DNA of 64,000 nt from Tubulanus polymorphus (Eukaryota > Animalia > Nemertea). Position 1 is the stretch's first letter, and every line of letters starts with the position of its first letter. Positions 52,288 through 64,000 of this stretch are shown here, piece after piece. A program made the position numbers and the translations under genes. The stretch covers positions 18,421,910-18,485,909 of the forward strand of contig NC_134031.1 in assembly GCF_964204645.1 (NCBI RefSeq). Direction: 5' to 3'. Under the pieces are notes generated by a model, which was given only the letters and a program-made list of their open reading frames with translations, was not told the DNA's origin and ran no database searches.

Positions 52288-53117
52288 ATGACACTGTGCA
52301 TTCTGGTTGTTCCAGAGAAAACTGTGATAAAAAGCAATCTAAGCTACAACAGATTTGAGTGAAATAATTCTAAGCGAAATAAGTGAAATGATCTTGCTTT
52401 AGATTTGTTGTATACGGTAGACTTCACGCTTGCCTCTCGGATCTCGCCGGACCAATTAAAATACCGTCTCCGGGAGTTCCGGGGCAGACAGAGCAGGGAT
52501 TAGAACGATAAACTGCTCGTCCTCACTATATTTGTCCTTCCTAGTCATATATATGGATAATGATGTCCAATTATGTAACATTTAATGAATTTAAATTGTT
52601 ACCAAGTGAGAAAAGTAAGAAAATTATAGTAATATTTTCCGACTGGGCTCGCAGAGACTAAACGGAGTCTGCTGTAATACCAGAAACTTAGATCAATAAG
52701 CTTTTTAACCACTTTTTCAAAATAGTATGTTTTTTTTGTCCAGCATTCGCTAGTGATAAACATGGCCCGGTTTGTGATAATTAACACACACGTGCCCAAT
52801 TGTCAATTCATCTGTCAATATTTTTTTCTGTGGACCCCAGCGGAATAACAATATCCAGTCGTATAATCAAATAAATTCCCGTTCCATGTTGCGACGATTT
52901 TTCTTTCACGAGAAATTCAATCAGCAGTGTAGTTTAGTTGTGTACGGTTGCATTCGAGTCAACAGTCGCAGTACGTGCCCAGCCGACTAATATTTTTGGC
53001 TCTTTGTTGTTTGCCTCGCGACGATTCAGCCTTGAATGAACAGTCATTCCAACGCGTGCGAGGTCTCCGTTACAACGAGGGATGACGCGTTACTTATTGC
53101 TGAATCTGATATCTGTC

Positions 53118-53330
53118 AAATCTAAGTTCATTTCGGTTCTATAATCAATCTAACAAGCCACAGCCATATTATATCTAACAACGTAAGGTCGGTCATAGAC
53201 CATGTTCTAAAGCCAACAAACAATTAAAACCAGTCTAAGGATAGTTCTATAGTCAATCTTACAACTGAAGACCAGCAGTGTAAGCTCATTTTGTTTTCAC
53301 TAATATAACAACTTAGGATGTATTAAAATG
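53118..53330 (+). mobile_element. MITE family B internal subrepeats
   Basis: CTAAGTTCATTTCGGTTCTATAATCAATCTAACAA and further degenerate copies. Confidence 0.75.
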
Positions 53331-54330
53331 TCAGACCATTTCACACTGGGCGAGGGTGTCTTGAATCGAGAGCGTAGACCTTTACTTTTCGAAACTTGAA
53401 GCTTTAATTCGTTCCACATGAAACCAGCAAACAGGTATCGTTTTCCCGTAATTTGTTTCTTTTCTTTGAATAGTTCAGCGCCCGAGGTGACGCCGAATAT
53501 ACTCGCTTCAAATTCTTAGAAAACATGTATCGTTTCAGACATTCAGACATCATGTATTATGTTTTAGTCAAATATCATGATTTCCAACAATGGATTTCTC
53601 GGTTCCTTCCGGTTTCCGCCCTAATACAAGTCACATGACAATACGAACTAATTTCATCAGTTTAAAAACGACTTCTATGAAGAATGATCAATTGGAATAT
53701 GATATTTCTCACGCATCAAACATTTTCTAAAGCATCATCAAACGATTCGTATCTAAGAAACTGGACGTGTTCGATTCCAAAGCGATGAGATTCAGTAATC
53801 GGATACGTATTTCCCGGGGAGCGTGCCGCGTGCAAACATATCCACCGCCAGTTCCATACAATCTATCGAAATTAGCTGGGAAAAAGTTAAAAGCAACAAT
53901 TGTTTTGTTTCATCCAGTTCAGTCAGCAGACGTCATTTCTTAGTCAACGGAAATTAATGAAGGCGACATCGTAACGAATTTCTGTCTCAAATGTTTACCG
54001 AGCAAAATGTTCCATCATCGTCAGCGAGGTGAATTTCTCTGAATCCCACCGCGAGTCTGCGGAACTCCCTGAACGCCAGAAATCTATCATTTAGGTACAA
54101 CGTTAAATCCATGGCCAGGATTTGCAAGGGTGGCTCTAAACCTATAAAGCTAAAAGGGTTTCAATGGATTTTTTGGTAACTCGAGCCTCAGTCGCAGTCG
54201 ATGTATTTCTCTGCGTCACTGTATAACCCTTCCGAAATTATGTGTGACGCCCGTGTTGCGTTCTAACGGAATTACATTTTCAGACGTAATATCTCGGCTC
54301 TCTTGCGCCGTCAATGATGATGCGAGAGAT

Positions 54331-54430
<100 letters not shown>

Positions 54431-54544
54431 GGCTTTTATATAATTACATGGAACAGGTTGTTGGAATTCCCTCAGGCATTAAACACCGTTTAAACTGTCG
54501 TTAGCTCGTTATAGCGCTTATAAACCTCCCTGATTTAAACAACT

Positions 54545-54692
54545 GTGTCGAGGTTGAGTTAGCTGTCAGTTGAAAATGGTTTACCTCATTGAATTCAAAA
54601 CTGTGGAACTGGATCCAGGACCCAATCCACATGTGACAGTTAAGATTTGACATAGAATTAACTCATTGAGTTTACTCTAACTCACAACCGTT
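54545..54692. mobile_element. Two abutting MITE family A copies sharing one CAG target
   Basis: ...CTGTGGAACTGGATC|CAG|GACCCAATCCAC...GTTAAGATTTGAC...TTAACTCATTGA...CTCACAAC. Confidence 0.7.
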
Positions 54693-55460
54693 GTCATAGA
54701 ATCAGAATGATGCCCAGAATGAATGATTCGCCCAGTTGCACAGTTGTAGATGAAATCACGAAAACTGGCTACAATACCAAGATCTCAGATGGGTCTTACA
54801 CATCAAAACATTACTCCCTTCAACGTTGTATTTAGATATCAACACTATATTAATTTCTTTCTTTTGATTCTTGAGTCCACGATATCATCAGAAGTTTCGA
54901 AACAACCATATCATTTTCAATTCCGAAAACTGTAAAAATAATCTTCAGATTTCTGTTATTTGATTTGAATTTTATATACTGTTCCGTGGGATGTTGTTCT
55001 TCGTCAATTGCGCAGTGATAATACCACGAATTCACTTTTATTAATAATTATCCGTGTTTACTGCGGCAAGTGAATAAAACACGGAACCGGTATCTGATTG
55101 CGGCGTACCGTATATCACAAAGCTTTACGTGTATTTTTACGTCGAGATTTTACAGACATTTTGTGACGTAGCCAGCAGCAGCGGCAGCAGTCTACTCGGC
55201 ACTTAGGCAGATTCAATATCATCGGCGTGGTTGAATTATCGGAGTTTTCAATTTAAGATGTATCGGGTTTCCTTCGTGTACGCGGCTTTTTACTGAATTT
55301 TTTATTATTAAATTCAAAGTAACACAAGCCTTCGAGTTGACATGGCTTCCTACGCTCAACGCGTATAGAATTTAACACTTTTTCGCTGGTGCACTTTCGC
55401 GTCTTGAAAGAGTTGCACGTGGGGTCGGGTGAAGATCGTGATGTTGGGATTCACGTCCCA

Positions 55461-55607
55461 GGGCCTAACGCAAACGACGAAGTAAACAGGGAAACATGTT
55501 TCCGAGCGCTTCCACGTGTTGCGTGCGTTACGAGAAGCGAGAAACACGGTTCCGAGATCAAACATGGCTTGTTTCCGTGTTTTATTGCACACGTGTGCTT
55601 GGCGCTT
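55461..55607. mobile_element. MITE family E copy
   Basis: Homologous to 40268-40427; contains the palindrome GGAAACATGTTTCC. Confidence 0.65.
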
Positions 55608-56082
55608 AAGATTGCAATGGCAAAGCAATCGCGTTTCCTATATCAAAATCTGGCGATATCAATTCAGAACCCGCTGAGGTAGTTGCAAGTTACCAAACCA
55701 GAGACATATTGTGTTCCCAGTTAAGTCGAAACTTCTCAATTAATTTCGCTAATGTCGTTAGAGAAAATGAATTCGATATTGACTGGACGTTTCTTCTGAA
55801 CAAAACAGAATGGTTTTGATTTGTTTTTATGATGTAGTCGCTGTTACGAGTCTAGTTCTAATTACCAGAGCGCTTTCTATCCCCCGCGGAAGTGAAAGCG
55901 ATCTAACACCACTGAATACAGCGCAACAGCGGTTTATTTACGCAGTTAGATCCATTACGAAATGAATTTTAAAATGAAATGAAATTCTAGGAAAATATAC
56001 ATGACTTTGAAAAGAAAATCTCTCGCATCACGTTTCAATTTTCGACGGGTGGCAGTAGAGGAATTTTCCTCAGAAGGAAGGG

Positions 56083-56275
56083 AATCATGATAAGTTACTA
56101 ATCCGAATCTCAATAAACTTCGCCAAGATTCAGTTAAGATTAAAGTTATATGGTTACTAATAACGACCAGTTCTCATTCTCTATGAATTCAGCTCGATTC
56201 AGTAAAATCATGATTAGTTACCAATAACGATCTTTCTCATTTTCAATGACTTCAACGATAGTAGAATCTTAATTA
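56083..56275. repeat. Degenerate ~60-65 bp tandem triplication
   Basis: GTTACYAAT(AACGA)...TTCTCATT...GATTCAGT recurs about three times. Confidence 0.7.
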
Positions 56276-57527
56276 ATTAAATGCAAATGGCACGCTTGGG
56301 TCGGGAGTAAATAAACTCGGAGTACTCCTCGTGGGGCGCTAAGCCGGGTGACCTGCTCATGGAATCGCTCATTCGTACTGTGATTAAAGCAATACGTTTT
56401 TGAAAAGCTATCGACACACCCGCGACTAAACGACCACGAAACACGCTTTAAGGACATCAGTTAATTATCAGAATTCCACCGTGTGAATGTACTTAAATAA
56501 CCTCAGATATGAAGCCCGTTTATTGCCGAGTCCGTCTGCCGACAAATAGGGAAACTGCGTCCGCGTGATGTTGAGAACGTGAAAATTATCCGTAACAAAA
56601 CCATGCACAAAATGGCCACACGCATGATATAATCAAATATAACCAGTACAGGACTTCCTGTTCACATTTTCTGGCCGAGCGATTTATACATTGCGTGACT
56701 GGAGCTGATAAAACCCCACACTCGTAGGCGACCGGCGCGCTGCGCGGTACGGCGCGGAGTACCACGGCGGCTTACTCTCACAACACATACACACATACGA
56801 TAATTAACGCTCTACGCGAAACGACGATTGAAGTGTTATTTTATGTTTTCCGTTAGTTCCAGATGTACGAAAACTAAAACCTGGTCGATAAACGAAACTA
56901 CGTCGAATCGAGAAGTTTCCCAAACAGAAATTAACACGATAAAGCCATTAAATAAATGTATAAGATTTAATGTGTGGAACTGTAATGAATAGAAACACTA
57001 AGATAAGATCGAATACAAAACTCCATAAACCCGTGTCTAATAATCTGATAGGGAAACTGCGTGATCCAGGGTGACTTGTGGGACTTGTCCTTACATTTTT
57101 GCGAGTACCCTTTTTCATTTTGTCGACGAATCAAAAATCGTTGCATCTCCCAGCAGGAAATAAAGACGTTTAATGTTGCTTTGGACATCCAAAAGTCGAG
57201 GTCCTGTTATAAGTCACAGCAATTGTCACCACAGAATAGGGCTTACAAACTGATAATATCGGATTTCAACACACGAAATATCACGGCCGATATCTGGTGA
57301 GCTTGCCCTGTGATCATTCGACACTATTTCACCTGGGATCTAGAGCTGCAGTTTGTACAGCTCCATAAGTCTTTAAAATGTCCACGTGTCATAAACACAA
57401 CGACAGACGAATAATCCTACGGAAAGTCGCCAGAAAAACCGGTAGGAAAATCAATTAGTTCTGTTACTGATAATACACTTTCGCTGCTAGGAGCTGGATT
57501 CTGATTTCAAATCAATCTCATGGATAG

Positions 57528-57678
57528 AGCTCCACTGCAGGACCCAATTCTACGGTAACATTGCGACCCATTTCCACACCAGGATCCAATTCCACGGTAT
57601 CGTGACCCAGTTCCACACCAGGACCCAGTTCCACACCAGGACCCAGTTCCACGGTAACATTGCGACTCAGTTCTACGG
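57528..57678 (+). repeat. 18-24 bp tandem array of MITE-A terminus motif
   Basis: GACCCAGTTCCACACCAG and GACCCAGTTCCACGGTAACATTGC units. Confidence 0.9.
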
Positions 57679-59551
57679 CTAAGTAAGCTACGTAGTGATG
57701 ATATTGCCGCATATATTGACAAATTCTCATTGCAGAATTCAATATTGCTAATTAACCTTCGAGGTCAGTTTATTTATGTAAATACCTCGGTTGCATCTTA
57801 TCGCTCGATACAGTTGGTTGATACAAAGCACATAGAGTTAGTGTTGAAGCACTGAAGTTTAAAGGGTAGTTCAAATGTTATAAATGAGAGATTAGTTTCA
57901 TACATCAAAGACAAACTATAATGTGGAGACTTAATTTGAATCACAAATTGGATCAGTACTAGAGAGACAGGAATTGTCGTGACCTTTAATTTTGTCCCAG
58001 TAGTGCTGCACTTACAATCGACATTCCCGCAATAGACCCATATTTCAGATTCCGGGATGATTAACTCAGTTCTGCAATTTCACAGGTTATGAAATTTAGG
58101 ACGTGTCAAGCCGGATGAAGTTTTCCGGGTTTTGAGATAAAGCTTTAGATGTTCAAAGTTCCACGGGTTTAGAGGTTTAGCTTAGGCCGATGGGCTGACT
58201 TCCAAAGGTTTAGATAAATAGCTGGACTTGCATTGGCGACATAGTATGAATTTTATTTGACTCTTGTGAATTGATTGTGCTGTGATGTAAAACCGAATCT
58301 GTTAAATCAATTCTGCATTATGGTATATGACACCAATTCATCAATAACTGATCAGGTTCCATTGAGTAACAACAATCGCTGATGCGGCCATTGTTTACTG
58401 TAATGGGTATTTGATTATGAATATGCACTTTTCCACATCAATCACATAATTCAAAATAGATTTCCGTCAATACCGGGTGTGACAGACGAACGGACAGGTT
58501 CATCGTGCGGCCAGGAAATCACCTCCACACGTCCAACGCTGTCTGCGAATAGATCGGACGATTTACCATCACCCGTTACGTCACATCATCCGTTATTAAA
58601 CATCATCGAGTTTTAGAATTCTTCATCCAGTTTCGGGGTCTCTCGTACGCGCGAAACAGCTCAGGACAGCGCCATCACGGCCGAAGCGAGTATAAATGAA
58701 AACCTCAAATCAATTGGATACGAGCGGCTTTATTGGTCTACCGATCTCCGACGCTTCATATACCGGTATCGTGATAATTAATTGACGCGCAAGATTTGAC
58801 CAGCTTGGTTTAATACGGCTCGATATTGGCAATAAATCGGAATACATACAAATGTTTGTACGAATCTTATTCCTGCTCGACACGACACCGGGTTGACGTC
58901 TCACAATCTCTTCTGGGTTTTACGGATCGAGAGTATATCGGGGGCAGGCTTTAGTAGTTGCGTAGTCAAAAAGACGGAAACGAGTATAGAGGTCGCTCGT
59001 GCAGTCAAGTGATTTTATCACGTGACTACGACGCCATATAGACAGTAAAATATTTTTGTAATGGCACAAAAGGCGTCTTTTGAAAACTGATTGAAACCGG
59101 AAGTAAAGTCCCAAACAATATGGCGGCTGATGATGGAATATTTGTTAAAATCGGAAGTAAAACAAGCGCCAAAATGGCAACAAACCCTTTTACCCGAGTT
59201 CGGCCTAAGTTATCTCATCGGATTCATGCTTGATCCAACATGGCCGCTGTTTTGTGTAATTGTTATTCGTTGATGTCGCAAACAAAGGAAATGAACTGAA
59301 CTTATACAAATTCGGCCAAAACACCTTCGTTGTGTCATTCGTAGAGTTTCAGGAGAGAAAGATAGTGCGAGAGAGGGGGAAAAAGTGAGATGAGACGTTT
59401 TATGTCATCAGGACACCTGCAACAAGATACAAGACAACAATAATAGACAGGAAGAAACATCAATCTTTGACGCAATCAACGCGACAGAGACACTGCACAC
59501 ACGAGCTAATCGACAACGAACGCTACGACCTATAAAATTCATAGAAACGGT

Positions 59552-59656
59552 AGCAGCAGCAGCAGCAGCAGCAGCAGCGGCAGTCGCCCTCATATCTATC
59601 TCTCTCCTCTCTCCTCTCTCTATCTCCCTCTCTCCTCTCTCTATCTATTCTCTCTC
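59552..59656. repeat. (AGC)n microsatellite followed by CT-rich tract
   Basis: About 9 AGC units, then (CT)-rich sequence. Confidence 0.9.
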
Positions 59657-59831
59657 AATTAACAGCGAATAGTCTTAGTAGCTCGTTAGAATACTCGGAA
59701 TAATCTGTCTTTATCTGACAATACTAATAAACAATATTCCTTCGAGCTAGCTGTAGGAACTAGCTCTGGTAGTAGAATAACCACACTCTAACATGGGGAA
59801 CTGATGATAAGATAAAAATCCACTATACACA

Positions 59832-60003
59832 GATTAAAAGTTTAGAAATCGAGCATTTATTCAATCAAAAATTAATTAATAAGCGACGACGTTTAGAACT
59901 CACACTTAGAGACCACACCTGACGATGATTTCTAGTGCAAGATCAAAAAGTTTGTCGTGTCAATTTTTGATTGAATGAATTCTCGTTTTTAAAACTTTTA
60001 ATC
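59832..60003. mobile_element. ~170-bp palindrome made of two inverted Penelope-type termini, carrying a decayed hammerhead motif
   Basis: Arms GATTAAAAGTTTAGAAATCGAGCATTTATTCAATCAAAAATT and AATTTTTGATTGAATGAATTCTCGTTTTTAAAACTTTTAATC. Centre reads ACAC-CTGACGA-T-GATTT-CTAGTGCA-AGATC-AAAAAG-TTT-GTC-GTGT. Confidence 0.72.
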
Positions 60004-60769
60004 AGTAGAGTTTTTATATCTGGTACAACTTGACATTCATTGTTCTTCATTTACTATCTGTACCCTCAAAGACTCATGTTCTAATCAAAATGAGTCTGAT
60101 ATGGACCAGCTGTATAGCACCAAGCTGGATACACTGTTTTAAGCTGAATATCGCTTTATACTCATTTTATACTCATTTGTTTCTCAATTCTCAAATAAAA
60201 CGTCGCTCAAGTAATTTTTTGACCAACATGAAGACTGAACAACCGGGCCCAGGATCTCATCAATTATTCCATTATTCTTAATGCTTTGAAAATATTATTC
60301 AGTATTTGATGTACATTTTTTTTGTATTTTCTTATTGTTTGAATTTAAAGAACCTGTCTCTAAAAGCTGGGAATAACATTTTAAAACCCCGACTCATCCG
60401 AGGCGCTTTGCAGCTTGGAAAAAGTCATGTCGTTACTAAAGCCTCTTTCGGTGCATGTGATACGAGCTGACAATTCTTGGAAAATTTTACTGCGGATTAT
60501 TATGTAAAATACGAAGATCCCAGCGGGATTTGAAATCATTTTGAGCAAATGATTTGCGACGTCGTCGATGCATCTTAAAGACACCGTCGATCTAAAAGCA
60601 GATATATTAGAATATTGAGACCAAAATGTTGCAGGGAGCTGCTCAAAATTTCTCAGAATCTTCTCAGACGCAAATAATCCATTCTCGGTAAACAGAAATG
60701 TGACTTCGATTTCTAATGATTGAAAATATATATATTGAAACGTGGATGACCGAGTTACGACAACTAGCG

Positions 60770-61030
60770 GATCCTCACTTGCCAAAAGTGGAATCCTCGA
60801 TTGCCGCAGTAAACACTGCATGCATACTAGTGACACCTGGTGTATCCTCAGCTGCCACAAGTGGAATCTTCGATTGACGCAGTAATTACTGCATGCACAC
60901 TAGTGACACCTGGTTGATTCTCACTTGCCACAAGTGGAATCTTCGATTGACGCCTTAATTACTGCATTCACACAAGTGACACCTGGTGTATCCTCACCTG
61001 CCATTAGTGGAATCCTCGATTGCCGCAGTA
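60770..61030. repeat. 73-bp tandem repeat, ~3.5 copies
   Basis: GCCACAAGTGGAATCYTCGATTGMCGCAGTAA..ACTGCATGCAYACTAGTGACACCTGGT..ATCCTCAC; unit starts 60781, 60854, 60927, 61000. Confidence 0.95.
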
Positions 61031-62089
61031 GCGATATCCATATATAAACTCTGTTTAACTATCAACAAACTTCGTTTATCGAGAACAGTTTTTGCTGCGA
61101 GTGTAACGAAATCTGACAGTGTAACCAGTTCTATTGTTTTCCAGACAATATCTCCGCTTATTTGTTTTCGGAGAAAATATTCCGTTCGCAGGGCAGAAAA
61201 ACCGTCGCTGCAGACGTTATCTGTTATTTTTCCCTGGCAGAGCCATCGCGTCACTAATGACGTCTAGCCCCCGGGCTTGTCGAAAGCGTACTTTCACCGA
61301 GGCAAAAATATATCCCCGGCAAAAATATGCAACCAACGAATATTTTATCCAACGAAACACAAACACGCGATAACTCGCAATTAATTGCATACACGCATTT
61401 CGGTAAAAGTTTTGGAGATGTTTTGTAGTTATTAGATTAGAGGCCGTTCTGAAATTGATTTTTCGTTACGAGAAAATTCTGTTAAATTGTCGCAGCACGA
61501 AAGGAAGAGAAACGGAACGTCACGTGGGTTTCATTATATGAAAAAAGAAAAAGCATTTGAAAATCAATCGAAGATTTTTGAGATTGATTTTTCTCCTCGT
61601 AACAAGGTGCAAAACCGGGCATCAAACGACGCTATCTAATGGATGATTAACATGTTATAATAACACGAGGTATCTAGATACACTAGATGCACTAGATACA
61701 CTACATAGAGCGACGTTTTAGAAATCACTCCGACGAAAAACAAATTTGGATCTCAATTTCACGTCACGTGACCAGTGTGACACGACACATTTTCACGGAT
61801 GTTTGCAGCGTTAACTGAAAAGTGACATCAAGAAATAATGAATTTGCGGTAAAAAAATTTCTTACGACCCCTTTTCGAAAATGACCTTAACGGAAAATAT
61901 CCGACGATATAGACGGTGTAGCTAAGCGGTTCGGTAGCTAGGTGGTTTCATAATCTTGGTATTTTGTTAGGGAGGTATTTCGGTAGCTAGCTGGTGCGGT
62001 AGCTAAGTTGTCAGTGCGCAGTATTTTGTTAGCTGAGTGGCGCAGTAGCTGGTTCAGTACCTATTTCAAATTCTTATCCTGCAGCGCTA

Positions 62090-62180
62090 TTCTTCCTCTT
62101 TCTGCCTCTCGGCTCTCTCTCTTCCTCTCCCTCTCTTTCTTTGCACTCTCTCCCCTCTCTCTGCTCTCCCCTTCTTTCAT
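62090..62180 (-). repeat. CT-rich pyrimidine tract
   Basis: Low-complexity C/T run. Confidence 0.85.
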
Positions 62181-62767
62181 TTTATACACCGTCATTAAAT
62201 TCTTTTTTTCGCGTTCGATAAAGGTGGCATTCGATGATATTTTGATGTCAGATAAAACGATATAAACGATACTTAACGCGACACAACACGAAACCGCCAC
62301 CAGTAGAGTGCGAGTCGTGACGGTGCGTATCACTAGTGGTTACTTTTAATGAAAATCGTTTTCTGGCCCCGGGGGGTCGTGTCGTTACGAACATCGAAAC
62401 CGTGTCCGCTGATATCAGATTTTAAAAGTAAAACCGACGCCGGAACTATAGAGAGAACGTTACAGCTTTTATCGGTCGTTACGATAAACAAGAACTTCCG
62501 AGTTAAAAAGATTGCTGTCATCGGAAAATTGAATTATAAAAGAGGAGGGTTATTCACTGAGTGTGTCTCGACATAAATGGAAGCAAACTAAACTAGAGAT
62601 CCCTATCGCTGCTGTTGTAGGAATCTACATGAAGATCTATCATAGTGAAATCTCGTTGACGTTACGCGTATACCGCCTGAAGAGAGCATTTCGAATAAAC
62701 AATAATTTATAGGGTCGCTAGTGATTGTCTCGTTAAAATACCCGAGTTCTAGATCTGATGATATAGG

Positions 62768-62779
62768 AAGAGAGAGAGG

Positions 62780-62857
<78 letters not shown>

Positions 62858-63050
62858 GGAGGGAGGGAGGGAGGGAGGGAGGGAGGGAGGGAGGGAGGGA
62901 GGGAGGGAGGGAGGGAGGGAGGGAGGGAGGGAGGGAGGGAGGGAGGGAGGGAGGGAGGGAGGGAGGGAGGGAGGGAGGGAGGGAGGGAGGGAGGGAGGGA
63001 GGGAGGGAGGGAGGGAGGGAGGGAGGAGGGAGGGAGGGAGGGAGGGAGAG
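62768..63050 (+). repeat. Compound microsatellite: (AG)n then (GGGA)n from ~62857
   Basis: Directly visible; more than 40 GGGA units. Confidence 0.99.
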
Positions 63051-64000
63051 GGGCTCACGTCATTTACAGCGCACTATGATGCACTTTAATGGACAGATTA
63101 TTCCAGGTATGGGGATAGAGACAATTGATCTACTTAAGTCAGACCCGAATTCAGAACATTCTCGGTCAAAAAAGCTGCAAATCTATACCGTATTTTGACG
63201 TGGCTCGCAATCATTTTAAATCGCTATAATTTATTCGTTCTACAGATAAAAACGCTTATAGTTGAAGGGATGTGAGTTGCAATACAATCATATGATCGTA
63301 TGATTTGTCACTTTGTGATGAATTTGATGACAAAGCTTTTATATGTCTTTAAATCTGCTCACAGCCACAATCGAAACTTCCATCATTGACCCGAATAACC
63401 GAATACAGACTTCGCACGAAATTCACAGGAGCCAAGAAAAAATGAATGAATCCAACAAAAAATTATGGATGCGTTTTGACTATGAACAAAAAATGAACAA
63501 AAATGTTCATAAAAAAATGAACAAAAAAACTATTGGATGAAAGGACTCACTTAACCACATCATTGCACTGAATGTTATGTAATAAGACTCCCACTAGACT
63601 GCTCTAAATCATTCAGAAAACAGAACACAACTTAACGTATTGTTTTACATGGTATAACTCAATTTTGCAAAAAAAGTGACTCATAATATAATGACGCGCC
63701 AATCCATTCAATTCTATCCGGCTGTATTGAACGGTGAAGAGCGCGCTTGAATCGTGTTTAAGCGGCGTGAAAATAGCTTCCACCCGAAGCCGAGAATCTT
63801 TTTTTAAAGATTGATTCGCGCGGGTTCATCATCGGATTTAAAACCTATCCTCCGCAGCGACTCTTCTCTTAGTTAATGAACTCGATGCAGCAGCGACGCA
63901 GATATCAATACGCCAGGACGTATAACCACTTAATTGTGAAATTATTCTTACGCCGAATTAGACTTAAATTCGTTTTTAACGGCGCGGGCGGAATCAACGG

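Noticed and set aside
55489-55503. p53-like half site AAACATGTTT
   Set aside because: Lies within dispersed repeat family E and is a single half site.

Overview
This window is eukaryotic, not prokaryotic. It is AT-rich non-coding DNA with many CpGs and looks like a gene desert or very large intron of an invertebrate animal (taxon inferred from repeat style only). No ORF in the track resembles a known protein, and the long ORFs are read-throughs of (AG)n, (CT)n, (TA)n, (GGGA)n or minisatellites. I found no rRNA, intact tRNA, CRISPR array or transposase. What can be supported: (1) several short MITE families sharing a G-[GA]-N-CC-AGTT terminus with 3-bp CNG target duplications (PIF/Harbinger-like); (2) at least six tandem arrays built from that same terminal motif; (3) TA-flanked CAGTAGACTCC Tc1/mariner-pogo-type MITEs; (4) four fragments of a ~0.4-0.5 kb interspersed repeat, one hosting an expanded (TA)n; (5) four decayed minimal hammerhead-ribozyme motifs of the Penelope-like-element type, two in inverted pairs; (6) unexplained 24-, 73- and ~155-bp tandem repeats and many purine/pyrimidine tracts. 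A few short splice-bounded exon candidates are listed at low confidence. All alignments were done by eye, so boundaries of degenerate repeats are approximate.
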